From contig JAUCBJ010006656.1 in assembly GCA_032718475.1 (NCBI GenBank), forward strand, positions 2,667-66,666: DNA of 64,000 bases, given 5' to 3'. Below the pieces are notes generated by a model, which saw only the letters and a list, made by a program, of their open reading frames with translations, was not told the DNA's origin and ran no database searches. The stretch's first letter is position 1; every line of letters begins with the position of its first letter. Made by a program: the position numbers and the translations under genes. Origin of the DNA: Nemertoderma westbladi (lineage: Eukaryota > Animalia > Xenacoelomorpha). Shown here one piece after another: positions 23,731 to 38,215 of the stretch.

Positions 23731-24190
23731 TCAATTAAATACTGATACATTCAATTCGGTATTCAGGACTCCCTCCAGTCCAATTCGGTATTCAGGACTC
23801 CCTCCAGAAATAAGTTTGACTTTGTGTTTCGTAATGTCCTTTATAAGTCCAGTCAGATCTTCATAAAACTTAACTGTTTGTTCTGGCTCTGAGGCATTGG
23901 TTGGACTGTAGCAACATATTACTGTTGTCTTGGGATTCCTATCAAATGTTGCAATCATGACCCTGGAATTTATAGATTCGATGTTGTTTAGGGTCTGAAG
24001 TGCAAATGGGCTTAGCAGAATTCCTACTCCACCAATTGATGCTTTGCTCAAATTTCTGCTTTCTGCTGAGTTTGTTACTAACGTCCATCCATTTCCAATG
24101 TCATTATACTTGATGCATCCATCATCTTCATGACAAATACAACGTACTTGAATACAGATTATGTTGATGTAATATTCCATAGTCAAATAA
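23731..24190 (-). mobile_element. RTE-like LINE endonuclease fragment (paralogue at ~34420-34686 and ~36770-36890)
   Basis: GGVGILLSP..SRVMIATF..VICCYSPTNA..FYEDL. Confidence 0.8.
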
Positions 24191-24476
24191 TGTTATCCAA
24201 TTGTTGACACTTTTAACTTGTATAATTATTGTTAACTACACTTTTACCATATGAATGGCAACCATCTTTTTGTAATTCTGATTTTGATTAATTGATAAGG
24301 CTGACCCTAAATAGGTCTATATTTCCTCTGTATTTCATTCGGATCCATGATTTTTATGTAACTATAATTATTCTCTGTTGTCAACTTTTGTTTGGGCATA
24401 CTACTTTACTAATGAAATGACTGTCGATGAACACCGTGGTACTTAATTTATTACATTTTATTATTATCGATTTTAC

Positions 24477-27400
24477 TGTGATAGACCAATATAATTAGGT
24501 CATACTTAAGCTGGTGGAGGGTAACTGTTTTGGTTACATATAATATTAATATATGACATACCGTGCTCCAGTATTCAGTGTACTGGTTTAAGGGTAATAG
24601 CGGTTACCGGTACTGATTAACATGTGAGGATTGACAATTATATATAGACATGTATGGCGTTGTTATATTATATTCCTCTCTCTGAGTGTCCAGTGATCCA
24701 CAGAAGGACGGAGACATAAAATGGCGCAGTGGTTATAGACTCGTTCCTACAGCCACAACTGGATAACCGAAAACAAGCGGCGGGTTGAGGGATGAACGGA
24801 CTGAAAAGTAACTGAGTTACGGGTAGGCCTACTGGACTTCTCACCGTCAGAGTGTTGTACCGGTACTGTAAAATTTACCTATCCCCTACCGCCCTAATAT
24901 GTCACAGATGATCGGAGATGACGATTATCTCGATTTATCATTGGAAGATGTCGACAAACTGGATCGACCACAACTTATCACCCACTGTAAAAATGGTGGT
25001 ATTCCCTTCGAACCAAGAACATCATCTGTCACGCTACGGAAACGTCTCACGAAATTCCTTTCAACCGAAGACGAACCTAAACCTAAAGTGATGACAGCTC
25101 CGCCGACTGATCTCACTACTCTCATTGTACAAATAGAACAACAGCGGAGGGATGACGAACTTCAACGGGAAGATCAATGCCGGGAGGATGAACAACGATG
25201 TGCAGACGAACGAGCCGAGATGGTTCAACTTTTAGCTCGATTAAATATACCTGGCTCAGCGCCGGTACCCGCCGGCAATGTGCCACACACAATGCACCTG
25301 CACGACCAACCTGGGGCAAGACTCCAACTCCGACAACCGGATATACTCGATGTCGGTATGCGTTTTCGGCAGTTTAAACACTGGGAAACATCCTGAAACA
25401 ATTACGTCCAGGTAATGAAACTATCGGATAAACCGAGGAGGGACCAGGTCGCTGCCCTATTCTCTTACTGTCACCCGGATTTACTTAACCGCATTCATTA
25501 CACAATGGGTATCGCCCAGGATACGGATAAAACTATGGATGAAATCCTCACGGACATTCGGGTTTATCTTCGAGAAGAACAAAATATCACCGTGTATCGA
25601 TACGAGTTGTTGAGACAAAAACAACTCGACGGTCAAACCTTCGAGGAGTTTCATGTTCACCTCCAAGAGATGGCAGATGATGCCATGATTGAACAGATGA
25701 CTCCAGATGTTGGATTACAACTCTCCTGGTTTGCGGAATTTGCGATGACGAAACTCACCGGGAAATTTTCAGGAAAAAACCGCCACTCGATTTACCTCAG
25801 ACTATCGATTTATGCCACCACCGGGAGCTGGCAACGAAGGAGGGAAACCGTCTAAAAAACAGCTCAGTCGGGGCTGTAAAACACAGCGATGGGGTTCATT
25901 CGGGACGTCCTCAATTTAAAAGTCGTTACAAAAAATCAAAGGAGAATCGAATCGCAGACAGATCCCCATCTTCCTCGCGCTCGCACTTGCGCGCAGCTAA
26001 ACTCGGACAATGCTCGCGATGCGGCGACCCCTGGCCACATAGTGGAGGGAAACTATGCCGCACTAAAGGAAAAGTATGTTCAAAATGTGGTAAAATGAAT
26101 CACTTACTTAAGATGTGCCGCACACCTACAGATACCAAGGTATCGGGTTCCATTCATATAGCACACATAGGGGAGGAGCGTAATAAACCCATAATTCCTA
26201 TTAATTTTTACAAAATTGGGGGAGAATTTTTGGGTAATAAACTGTGTGTAGCAGATACTGGTGCTCAAATAATAGCTGCTGGTCCCGAGGTTCTCTATGA
26301 CTGGCATATGGACCGATATAGACTAAAAAATTCAGATTCCCCACTCACTGCGGTCAATGGTAAACAAATGAAATTTAAGGGAGGGCCGCATGGAGATGGT
26401 GCTAAAGCTCAGAAACAAAGAAGTCCGGGAATGGGTATACTCTATACATTTGTCCTGAAATTGCCCATGGGTCGGTTTTTCTATCCCTATCTGCCTGTCT
26501 AGGGTTGGGAATCGTACATCCAGACTTTCCTCGCCCCATTTACCAAATGAACTCATTAGAGTGCAATGAGACACCTACCTACATTGACGCGTCACCCACT
26601 GACATTGATTCCACTGTTACCAACAGGTCACCCACTGTCACTATTGAGACACTCACTGGTAACACAAATAGCACTGTAACAGAGAATGTAGAAGATATTA
26701 AGAGTAAACTTCTCCACGAGTTCAGTGACGTATTTGGGAATGGCCAAAGTTTAAAAACAATGGTGGGCCAGCCAATGAAAATAAAGTTGAAGGATAATGC
26801 AATTCCTTTCAAACTCTATACACACCGAGCTGTGCCTTTCCATTATCGGGCCAAAACAAAGGAGACCATAGACCAGATGGTCACCAATGGTGTCATAGAA
26901 CGTGTTGGGGATAGGTCAACCGAGTGGTGTCATCCAATGGTTGTTTGTCCCAAACCCAATTCCCCTGGTGAAGTACCAATAACCGTAGATTTGACCAGAC
27001 TGAATAACCAAGTAAAACGGACAGTACATAACTCACTTTCTCCACGTGACATAGTCTCCGACAGAACACTTGGATCTTGTCTCTTCACCACCTTGGATGC
27101 AAAAACAGGTTACTGGCAAGTCGACCTTGAAGAGGACTCCCGTGACCTCACTACATTTATTACACCTTGGGGGTGTTTTAGATACTGTAGGGCACCCATG
27201 GGGTACTGGGGACGCCTACAATTATAGGGGGGACTTGGCCTTACAGGGCTTACATCCACAAGATCGTGGACGACGTACTTCTTGAGAGTACAAACATCAG
27301 TGATCACATTGAGTTGGTACGCAATGTACTTCAGTGTTGTCGTGACAACTCAATCACCCTAAATCCAAAAAAATTTAATTTCGCACAAAAGCGAGTTAAA

Positions 27401-29776
27401 TTTGCTGGTTTTATAATATCAGCAGACGGGACCGAGGCAGACCCTGAGAAGGTTAGAGCAATCCAGGCGAAACCCACGAAACTCCACGAAACTCCACAGA
27501 CCATAACAGATCTGCGAAGTTTTATGGGATTAACTAACCAACTTGGTTGTTTCTCCTCGGAAGTAAGCGTGGCTGCATCGCCATTGTGGGACCTTCTCCG
27601 AATGCGTAATGAATTGGTATGGACGGCAATGCATGACGAGGCATTTCAAAAACGTCAAACTTGCATTAATAAAACCACCTGTCCTTGCACCATTCGATCC
27701 AGATCGTGAAACCCATCTGGAAACAGATGCCAGCCGTAAACACGGATTAGATTACGATTTACTCCAGCGCCACGGCAATATCTACAAACTAATTGCATGT
27801 GGCAGTCACTTCCTCACCGATCGCGAGTCAAGGTGGGCCACAATTGAGCTGGAGTGTGCAGCTATTAAATATGGCATTACCAAGTGTAGACTATACCTTG
27901 AAGGATTACCTGGATTTACAGTAGTTACGGACCACTGGCCCTTACTCACCATGTTTAATTGCTACACGCTGGATCAAATCGATAATCATAAAATCCAAAG
28001 AATTAAAGCAGACTTGCAATCTGCCTACCAATTCCACCTAGAGTGGAAACCTGGTAGTAAACACCTAATAGCGGATGGATTCAGCCGCCATCCAGTAGAT
28101 GATCCACAGGTCGACGAAAAAGATGAATCCATGTCACTAGGGATTCATCAAATGATATGGCAATAGGGGCCAATGAACCGAATGAGGGGACCACAAAGGA
28201 GCCATACGACCCTATTGTGGATGAACTTCGCCATATCGCATTGGCGGACCCTGAATACACTGAGTTAATCGATCAGATCCTTGTGGGATTTCAAACAATC
28301 CATAAGGCATCAGACTCAGTCAAACTTTTTAAATCAATAAGGGACTCCCTGTCGGTAAACTACAACCTCGTCCTATTCGGTGATCGCTTAGTCATACCAA
28401 AGGCTGCTCGAAGCGATATTCTAGAATGCCTACATAGCCCTCATCAAGGAATGACGAGGACAAAACAATGTGCGCGCCAAACGGTATACTGGCTCGGAAT
28501 TGGCCGGGACATTGAGGCAATGACACGGGAATGCGAAGACTGTAAGCAGCGATTGCCAAGTCTACCGAAAAAAACTCTCAAGGCGTATGACCCACCTACC
28601 CGACCATTTCAGCCCGCATCTGCAGACCTATTCGAATTGAGGAGACGTCATTTCTTGGTATATACCGACTGTTGTCTGGTTACCCAAGCATCACGGAGTG
28701 GTAAAGAACACCATGTGCCAGACTAGTAACCTCTGCATTACGCAAACACTTTGTAGACTTGGGGGTTCCCACGGTATTAAGAACCGATGGGGGACCACAA
28801 TTTTCAGCCCGTTTCACCAGGGATTTCCTGAAACGTTGGGGCGTTGCCTGGAAACCTAGCACACCCTACTACCCAACCAGTAATGGTCACGCTGAGGCGT
28901 CAGTAAAACGTCTCAAGTCATTACTGGCAAAGTGTTCTCAACCCGACATTCACTTGGAGGAATTCCTCCAAGGACTTGTGGAACTCAGAAATTGTCCTCG
29001 CAGTGACGGAGCATCCCCAAGTGAACGCGTGTTTGGTAGATTATTACGAACACGCTTACCTGCCCACCATACGCGGTACGCACAGAGATGACGAGATGAG
29101 GCTGATGAAACAGACACAGCTGCTGCCTCTCACCTTGAGAAAATGGAGGAATTATTCAACCGCACCGATACTGATCTACCCAGCTTCAAATGCGGGTCTA
29201 ATGTTCGTATACAAGACTCAAATACCAATCGCTGGACATATATTGGTTGGTACGATCGTTGGTGTGGGTAGAAACCGGGATTATATGGTTAAACTACCAT
29301 CGGGATGCACCTGGTGGTGAAACCGACGCTTTCCTAGACCATATTGCATACCACTGAAGAAAGATTTAGATATTACACCAGATGAGTACGTAAATGAAAG
29401 TAATACTGAAACCGAAAGTAAACCTAACCTCGGCGAAGCGAACGGCTTCAAAGCAAAAAAGTTCACTGGTGAATTTACTTCACCAACGATTTAGACTGTC
29501 AAAATCGAAAGAAAAAAAAGGAAAGGGCGTTGTGATAGACCAATATAATTAGGTCATACTTAAGCTGGTGGAGGGTTACTGTTTTGGTTACATATAATAT
29601 TAATATATGACATACCGTGCTCCAGTATTCAGTGTACTGGTTTAAGGGTAATGGTGGTTACCGGTACTGATTAACATGTGAGGATTGACAATTATATATA
29701 GACATGTATGGCGTTGTTATATTGTTATTCCTCTCTCTGAGTGTCCAGTGATCCACAGAAGGACGGAGACACAACA
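24477..29776 (+). mobile_element. Gypsy/Mag-like LTR retrotransposon B, full length, decayed
   Basis: ~245-bp LTRs 24477-24721 and 29531-29776; PBS TGGCGCAG at 24722; PPT AAAGGAAAGGGCG; Gag with double knuckle, protease ADTG, RT (LDAKTGYWQV, VDD), RNase H (ETDAS), integrase (TDGGPQF, SNGHAE); many frameshifts. Confidence 0.92.
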
Positions 29777-30249
29777 CATACCTTATTTCTCCTAAAACTC
29801 GTAGGATAATAAATTCTCTGGGGACTATTTTTACAGAGTCTCTTTCCAACTCCGCTACAGGGGTCTGCCAAAAGTTACAAAATTTAGGATATAGTAGGCC
29901 TATATATATATAAAATATATAGGATTTACAGAATACAGAAAATTATGTGGAATATTAAAGAACGATTGTTTTTATCCAACAATTTGTATCATGTTCATCA
30001 CAAATCTTGCTTCAGCGCTGCTACGAGTTGCAATTACTCTATACTTTATCTTCCTCGGCGATGACATGGTGATTTATTTAACAAAACGTAAAAAAAAGAG
30101 AAAAAGTTAAAAGGAAAGAAAAAAGTCTAAATCAACTACACAATTGGCTTCAAGCAAATAATGTGCGGCTAATCTTTAAATAACTGAAAAATAAAATTTC
30201 GCCGCGGCAGAAAGATTTCCAGCAACGCATATGATGGCATATTATCTTG

Positions 30250-30480
30250 GGACTCGAGAATAGATCTATTGGAGCTCAGTATGGCGTGTTGGCTCGGCTC
30301 GAGGCGCAAAAATAGATCAAATGGAGCACTGTAGGCCGTGTTAGCTCGCCTTGGGGCGCGAGGATAGATCTAATGGAACGCAGTTAGGGCGTGTTGGCTC
30401 GGCTCGGGGCGCGAGGATAGATCTAATGGAGCGCAGTTAGGGCGTGTTGGCTCGGCTTGTAATGTGAGAATAGATCATAT
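30250..30480 (+). repeat. ~53-bp minisatellite (~4.5 copies)
   Basis: Unit GAGGATAGATCTAATGGA..GGCGTGTTGGCTCGGCTCGGGGCGC at 30360 and 30413, with degenerate flanking copies. Confidence 0.85.
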
Positions 30481-31212
30481 AGAATAGGCCTACAGTAGAT
30501 TCATATAAATGAATAAAAATAAGAATGAAAAAAAATTAATACAAATGTACAAAAAAACGTATCAAATTTAGGCCTACAGTAGTCTGTTAGTGGTTATTAA
30601 GTTGAGTTTCTAAGTTCTGAGTCTGAATTGTTCTGAGACAATACTTTTTATCTTTGATATTTTATAAAAATATTTTGGATTTTCTGGGTTGGGAAATACT
30701 GTATAATGATATTATAGATTAGGGGCTATAAATGGCCCGATTCCTTACCGGTTATTGTAAGATTGAATTTATTTGGAAAATTACTACTGTAGTCATAACG
30801 TTATTCTTTCATCCTTTGACGAAAAATTTATATCCTTGAATACCTCTTTGCGGCCAATGCAAGAATTTATAATCTTGATTTGAAATGCTGCTTCTGTTGG
30901 AATCGGTATGGAGGATTATGTAATAAAAGAAGGTGAGCAAATTTTTGTTTCTCTTATTTTTAAAGGGGAAAACCGCTATTTATATTACATATACTGTACA
31001 TATACATATATTTAAATGCACAAGCGCTCAGAAATATTTTTATAATAAATAAATATAACTTTAGCAGAAAAGTCCCATAACCTTATGTTTAATTCATAGT
31101 GTTACATTACTGTTCAGTATATCCTAATACTGAAACATAGAGCACTAATTCAACAGCGACGTACAGTAAAAAGTTTAGGGAATTTTTTTTTACTTTTAAT
31201 AAGAGAGTTCAG

Positions 31213-31873
31213 TTAACTTTCTTTCAAGATGTCCGAAACAATCATTGGTGCAATAATTTCCTTTAACGCCTCTTTCTCATCGGCGGCACGCTTCTGCACA
31301 TCCACACTCGCTTCCCCGCCGTCACGGGCCTTCAACTCCATCTCGGGGCAAAGTGGATGATAGCAACCTGATCTAGCATCTGAAATTGACCAAATATATT
31401 TTTATATATTATATAAAATTATTTACAGGGAAAATAGCAAGGGGAGGGGGGGTTGTCCTCGTTTCGATAATTTCTGCTCACAATCCACAATTTCCATGTA
31501 TTATAAAGTTCTACAGTACTGTATAATAACAATATAAATCATAACAGCACCAACTGCAGGAATGCAATATATTACATATGCCTTAGGCATCCTCTTCAGG
31601 CAGTCTGTCGTACAGATTAAGAAAGCTAATAGTGTAACAATCTACAAATTACAAAAACACATATTACCGGTATTTACTGTTTTGTACAGTACGGTTAGGT
31701 TAGCAAATTGCCAATTGGGTTGTCGTTTCAACCTTCTTATAGGGTTAATGTTAAATTAATATTGAAAAATTTCTACCTAAAAGTAAAAATTTTACTGTAA
31801 ACTGTGTTCCTAAATTTAGTTTATTGTTTTTGTTAGAAAAGTTTGCCATTATAACCTGCTACTGTACTTTCAT
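31213..31873 (-). pseudogene. Possible spliced secreted-peptide precursor remnant
   Basis: Putative exons 31873-31856 (MKVQ*Q), 31641 onward (IVTLLAFLICTTDCLKR) and 31379-31213 (ARSGCYHPLCPEMELK..QKRAADEKE..); plausible splice sites but in-frame stops. Confidence 0.3.
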
Positions 31874-31935
31874 TTAAAATAAAGTACAGGAGAAGAAATA
31901 ACGCAGCTCGTTCCTCATTGTGCCCATGTTTCCTA

Positions 31936-32935
31936 GGAGACGTTAAACACAGCTCGTTCCTCATTGTGCCCATGTTTCCATTCTTGCCGATTAGTGGAAT
32001 GGTTACATCGCTATTACTTACTAAACATAGACTCGAGTTCGATCCCGGCCGTATCTGTTAATTTTTTAATATTATTTAGCAATCATCACTTAAAATCGTC
32101 AATAACTTAAACAATAGTTTTATACAGAGATGAAGAAGTGGGTACGTTTAATACCGCAAGGAACGACATAGACTGTCAAAACCACAGCAAACTCATAATC
32201 TAGACAATCTTAGTTCCCAATCAACTTAGATCTTAAGCTATGGCTGTATGGGGTCGCTGAAATTTAGTTAGGTCCTGTATGTCGGTCGGTCTTTCTGACT
32301 ATCCGACAATCTGTCCGTCATAAATATAAGAAAGAACACACCATTTAGCTAATAGTATAGTTATTGGGGTTTTCGTGGCCGCAGAACTTATTTCTAGTGT
32401 CAGTTGTAACATTTGATGACTTCCCCATTATCTGTTTGGCTCTCAGGCTGTCGGTTATATTTTGACGGGCAGACTGACAGTCATACAACTGTACAAACAA
32501 AAACAACAATGCCAAATTTGAATACTGACATCAGAAATGAAGTCACGGATCAAGATAACGCCGATATAGGAAATTTTTCCAGACAGATATGCTTTCTATT
32601 GTTTTGGAGACACATACTGACTGACCGACGGACAGACCGACAGTCAAACGGACAGACAGCTATATCTCGAGAAATAAGAGAGATCTTGCTAAACAGTTTT
32701 CAAATTTGGAATCTTGATCAAAATCTGTTATAGAGGAAATAGAAAAAAACAATTTGATATTTGATATTGTTGCTATTTCTCATATCAAATGATTATCATA
32801 TCATTTAGGCAGTCTGGTACCAGTACCAGTATTGCTGTACTGCAGTAGTGTTGAACCTCCTAGGCCTACAGGCACAGGAATAATTTAAAATGGAAACATG
32901 GGCACAATGAGTAACGTGCTGTGTGTAACGTCTCC
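31936..32935. mobile_element. MITE-like element with ~45-bp TIRs and TA flanks
   Basis: GGAGACGTTAAACACAGCTCGTTCCTCATTGTGCCCATGTTTCCA and an imperfect inverted copy at 32891-32935; TA on both sides; contains tRNA-like A/B boxes at ~31990-32046. Confidence 0.7.
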
Positions 32936-32995
32936 TACTGTATGAAGTACAAGCCTACAAGCATGCCTACAACTGCAATACTTGTAGGCCATGCC

Positions 32996-35900
32996 TGCAA
33001 ATCATTGTATACAAATACACAAGATACTGCAATTAGTAATCCTGTTACCGGTAACGGTAAACTGGTATGAGCATTGTTATGTTATGAGTGAAATAAACAT
33101 TCATTTTGCGATGTTTTATGCCCCAAATTAACATTTTATTAAAATACTTAATCAAATTCAATATTTATTTTCCCCTGGCTCGTAGTACAATATTTAACTA
33201 TAATATTCATCTGGGATTCCCCGAAAAAAACAATTCCTCTACATAAGATAAACATCAGTCTAAATGATCAACTTTGTGGGTGTCTATAAAGAACTGAAGG
33301 AACTTACCCGGAATCTCAGCTAAAAGTACAATCAATAACGCAACAAAATAGTATAACTTGGTCATATTGACTGACAAAATAATATATGGCTTGTTGCTCT
33401 AAAATTATATTGTTTTAACTCTCAGATAATATTTTACTGGTTTTGCTCCAAGTACAGTAAAAATAAGTTCAAATGTACTTCATATAAATACTAGTAGTTC
33501 CAGATAGAGATAATGAAACGACTAAATAGTTCACATCTGCTCCGCACTCATTACCTTCCTATATGTGGATGACTAAAAGGTTGTCACCATCCTGCACTGA
33601 TTATCTTCCTATATGTGGATGACTAAAAGGTTGCCACCAACCTGCACTCACTATCTTTCTATATGTTTGATGACTAAAACGATAACACCATCCTGCACTC
33701 ATTACCTTCCTATATGTGGCTGTGGATGACTAAAAGGTTGCCACCATCCTGCACTCATTACCGTCCTATATGTGGATGACTAAAAGGTTGTGACCAACCT
33801 GCACGTGAGTGCATGGTTGATGACTAAAAGGATAACACCATCCTGCATTCATTACCTTCCTATATGTGGATGACTAAAAGGTTGGCACCAACCTGCACTC
33901 ACTATCTTCCAATATTTTTTATGACTAAAAGGTTGTCCCCATCATGCACTGATTATTTTCCTATATGGTTGACGACTAAAAGGATGACACCATCCTGCAC
34001 TTATTAAGTTCCGATAGAGGGGTGGAGGGGGGGGGGGGGGGGGGGGGGCAACTCAAATCCTATCTAGGCGACTTTATATCTCGTCTCAATGTTAAATTAT
34101 CTGTTTTAAGGAAAATATGCTGGTTACAGAGGCACGTTATTCGTTAATCGTTATTCTCGATTGCTGCAAAGCTTGCTGGATCTTAAGAGGAGTCTGACCT
34201 CTGCAGGCAAGATACTGTGGTCTGAGAAAATTAGCTGGAGTGAGTTGTATGCCTTGCAGTTGATCATTCTATTCCTCCACTTTTTTTTATTAAGGATGTA
34301 GCTAGCTGCGCTTTTGTTCCTTTCACGTATTGAAAGTTCCACAGCATCGACTTCGTTGACATCATTTCACATTCTTCCTTAAGGACTAACTAGTGTTACA
34401 GCTGTACTGTAACACTTAGTCCAATTCGGTATTCAGGACTACCTCCAGAAATAAGTTTGACTTTGTGTTTCGTAATGTCCCTTATAAGTCCGACAGATCT
34501 TCAAAATCTTGACTGCTTGTTCTGGCATTGATGCATATTTATGCAACATATTTATTCTGTTGTCTTGGGATTCCCATCAAATGTTGCAAATATGAAATTG
34601 TAATTTGTAGATTCGATGTTGTTAAAGGTCTGAAGTGCAAAGGTGCCAATTGATGCTTTGGTCGAATTTCTTTCTGCTGAGTTTGTGGGGCAAGCGTCGA
34701 AAGTAAGCGAGCTTAGCATACAGGTACCACTAACTCAATCGGTGTGTCTGTTGTTCTGTTGTGTCCAATTTTAAACGTTAATAACTCAGCCAAATGTTAA
34801 TGAAATTTAAACAAACTTGGTACACATGTAGTCTGGCCAAAGTTTAGAAATTTTCCAAGTTCAATTTGCGTGTGGTCTTCGTGCAGCATCTGTGTAACTG
34901 TCCTACAGTTATAATAAATTTATCTACCCAAAAATTATTAGGCTTGGCATCAGCTGGTTGCTAGGAGACTAAATCAGCTTGGTTTCTGGCAAATTATGAA
35001 ATTACAGTAACATTGTTGGCCTGTCTGCCTGTACCTGTACTATACTCAATCCCTGAATCTGGAATCAGACAATACTATCATACCGTATTCAGTGTTTTAT
35101 GGTACTGACTGACTGTTACCGTGGTACCGGTGCAGTGATTTTAGATCACGTCTACTAGTACAGGACAGGCCTAATTCTGTAATTCCTGAATTCTGTAGGC
35201 CCTAATTAGCCATGCACTGCAGTGCGGACTGCGGTCCTGAATTAGTTTAGAGGGTCCGTTGGCGCCGTACCGCCCTACTACTGTCAGACTGTACAACCGG
35301 CTGACCGGACCGGTAGCAACTGCCAACTACATAACTACCGGTACGGTACTGAACTACGACAGCACTATCGCATTTCCACGCTCCTGTCAGCAATGAAAGA
35401 AAATTAATTTCTTCGTTTACGGTTTCTGCTCTTGTTAACGGTTTAATATGTTAATTAAAGACTATGTATTGGTACGACCGACGGCACCGGCAACTGGTAT
35501 AATCAGATGTAGATGTACATACCAATCTGCCAATACAACAATAGCAATAGGGCTACCCCTACCAACCATCCATCGACTCGGCAACTGCAACCATGGAAGG
35601 TATGCGGACTAACCAGCTGACCGGCATGCGGCAACCAACTGACAGGTATCACTAACTCAATCGGTGTGTCTGTTGTTCTGTTGTGTCCAAATTTTAAACG
35701 TTAATAACTCAGCCAAATGTTAATGAAATTTAACCAAACTTGGTACACATGTAGTCTGGCCAAAGTTTAGAAATTTTCCAAGTTGAATTTGCGTGGGGTC
35801 TTTATGCAGCATCTATGTAAATGTCTTACAGTTATAATAAATTTATCTATCCAAAAATTATTAGGCTTGGCATCAGCTGGTTACTAGTCAGGTGGGTTTG

Positions 35901-37735
35901 AAATTCAGCAATACCAGTACAATGCAGCAATAATGTGGCCTTGGGTTAGTTTTTGACCATTGTGGTAGGCCTATTTCACTTACAGCCATTTCAACATTTC
36001 CAGGTTGCTGCAGAGTTCAGAGTACGACACCGGTGCCATGAGATGCCTGTACTGCTCACTGATCACTGCTCATTATGTGGTAGGCCTAGCTTTCTAGACT
36101 GGTTGTCAGTCTGTCAGTGTGGTACTGCTACTGCATTATCTGAGTATGGGTATGTGCGGTAGTGTAGAAGGAGTCCTGCAATTGCCTGAGTGATGTCTGA
36201 ATTGCGATATCGCGACTATTCAGCCATATCATGTAATGACGGCATGGTACTTTAATCTGGTTAAACATATGTGGCGCCACCCACCAATCGGCTCTGCAAC
36301 GGCAACCATGCAGCCATGGAAGTTTTGAAATTATGCGGACTTAAGACAGACTGACATATTGTCAGGTTGTACCAGCTGACCTTTATTTCATGTTCCGGTA
36401 TCCACTACTGCACTAGGTGCCCCAACAGCCCAATAGGGCAATACCAAGCAACGTTTTGGAATTGTAACGGTACTCAAACATATCGCCATCAAGGCCACCG
36501 CCTCTGTCTGTGGCAGTGTCGTTGACGACCTCGACTTTTGTTGGACTAACCGATGAGCGAGACCCGAGGACAGAAGAATGCATTGAATTTTTTGACTGTG
36601 GACTTCTATGACATCGATGCCAAGCTGCCAATGCGAAAGTTTTTTTCTAAGGTTAAATTTTCTTAATTATTTATTTAAATTTCTTAAGTACCGATTTTGG
36701 GATAGAATTGCTCACTTTTAATCTGTATCTAATAACTGCACCTCGTCCTGCACGATGGCCCCAAGAACGTGTTACAAACGTCCATCCATTTCCAATATCA
36801 TTATACTTGAAGCATCGTCTTCATGACAAATTCCAAGTACTTGAATACAGATGATGTCGATGTAATATTCCATAGTCAAATAATATTTCCCAATTGTTGA
36901 CACGTTTAACTTATATAATTATTGTTAACTACACTTTTACCATATGAATGTCAGCCATCTTTTTGTAATTCATCAGCCTAAATATATTTCCTATGTATTT
37001 CCTTCGGATCCATGATTTTTATGTAACTAATTATTCTCTGTTGTGTCAACATTTGTTTGTGCGCACTATTTTACTAATGCAATGACTGTCGAGGCAAATC
37101 GCCGCACTGAATTATTACATCGCATTATAATCGAATCTATTTCTGCTCTTACTACAACTAATTATTTTCGGTTGTTAACTTTTGTTTTTGCGCACTATGT
37201 TACTAATGCAAGTGTCTGTCCAGGCAAATCTTGGTACTGAATTTATTACATTTCATTATTATCGATTTTATTGGTGCTCCTACTACAATACTTCCCGTGT
37301 CTGACTGTTCACCATACCTTAATTCTCCTAAAACTCATACGATAAGAAATACTCTTGGGACTATTTTTACAGAGTCTCTTTCCAACTCCGCATATATAGG
37401 ATTTACAGAATAGGCCTACAGAGAATTACGTGGAATAGTTAAGAACGATTGTTTTTATCCAACAATTTGTATCATGTTTATCACAAATCTTGCTTTTGCG
37501 CTGCTACGAGTTGCAATTACTCTATACTTTATCTTCCTCGGCGATGACATGGTGATTTATTTAACAAAACGTAAAAAAAAGTGAAAAAGTTAAAAGAAAA
37601 GAAAAAAGAAAGACCCACATACAAGTCTAAATCAACTACACAATTGGCGTCAAGCAAATAATGTGCGGCTAATCTTGAAATAACTGGAAAATAAAATTTC
37701 ACCGTGGCAGAAAGATTTCCAGCAACGGATATTAT
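32996..37735 (+). repeat. Paralogous copy of the 13448-30230 backbone, lacking the Mag and RTE-X insertions
   Basis: Collinear matches to 13448-14285, 17240-17312 (reverse), 23777-24476 and 29777-30230. Confidence 0.85.
34687..36762. mobile_element. Unclassified insertion into the RTE fragment, with a ~240-bp internal direct repeat (34720-34960 / 35642-35882)
   Basis: Absent from the paralogous site (~24075); imperfect terminal inverted GGGGC..GCCCC. Confidence 0.5.
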
Positions 37736-37842
37736 GGCGGACTACCTTTTGCGGTTTATATTACATCTAATTAATTTGATATCACACTCCAACCTACAAT
37801 ATATTATCAGAGGTCAAACAACGTCAACTAAAATAATAAGTA

Positions 37843-38215
37843 TAGTGGTAACAAGGACAATGGACTACAGTGGTAACAAGGACAATGGACTACAGTGGTA
37901 ACATGGACAATGGACTACAATGGTAACAAGGCCGTTGACAACAGTGATAACAAGGACAATGGACTACAGTGGTAACAAGGACAATGGACTACAGTGGTAA
38001 CAAGGACAATGGACTACAATGGTAACAAGGACAATGGACTACATTGGTAACAATAACAAGGACAATGGACTACAGTGGTAACAAGGACAATGGACTACAA
38101 TGGTAACAAGGACAATGGACTACAGTGGTAACAAGGACAGTGGGCAACAGTGATAACAAGGACAATGAACTACAATGGTAACAAGGCAGTGGACAACAGT
38201 GATAACAAGGACTGT
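37843..38215 (+). repeat. 25-bp minisatellite (~15 copies)
   Basis: Unit ACAAGGACAATGGACTACAGTGGTA. Confidence 0.95.

Noticed and set aside
31985-32050. tRNA gene (also 53710-53787)
   Set aside because: A/B boxes are present but the cloverleaf stems are broken; treated as tRNA-derived sequence.
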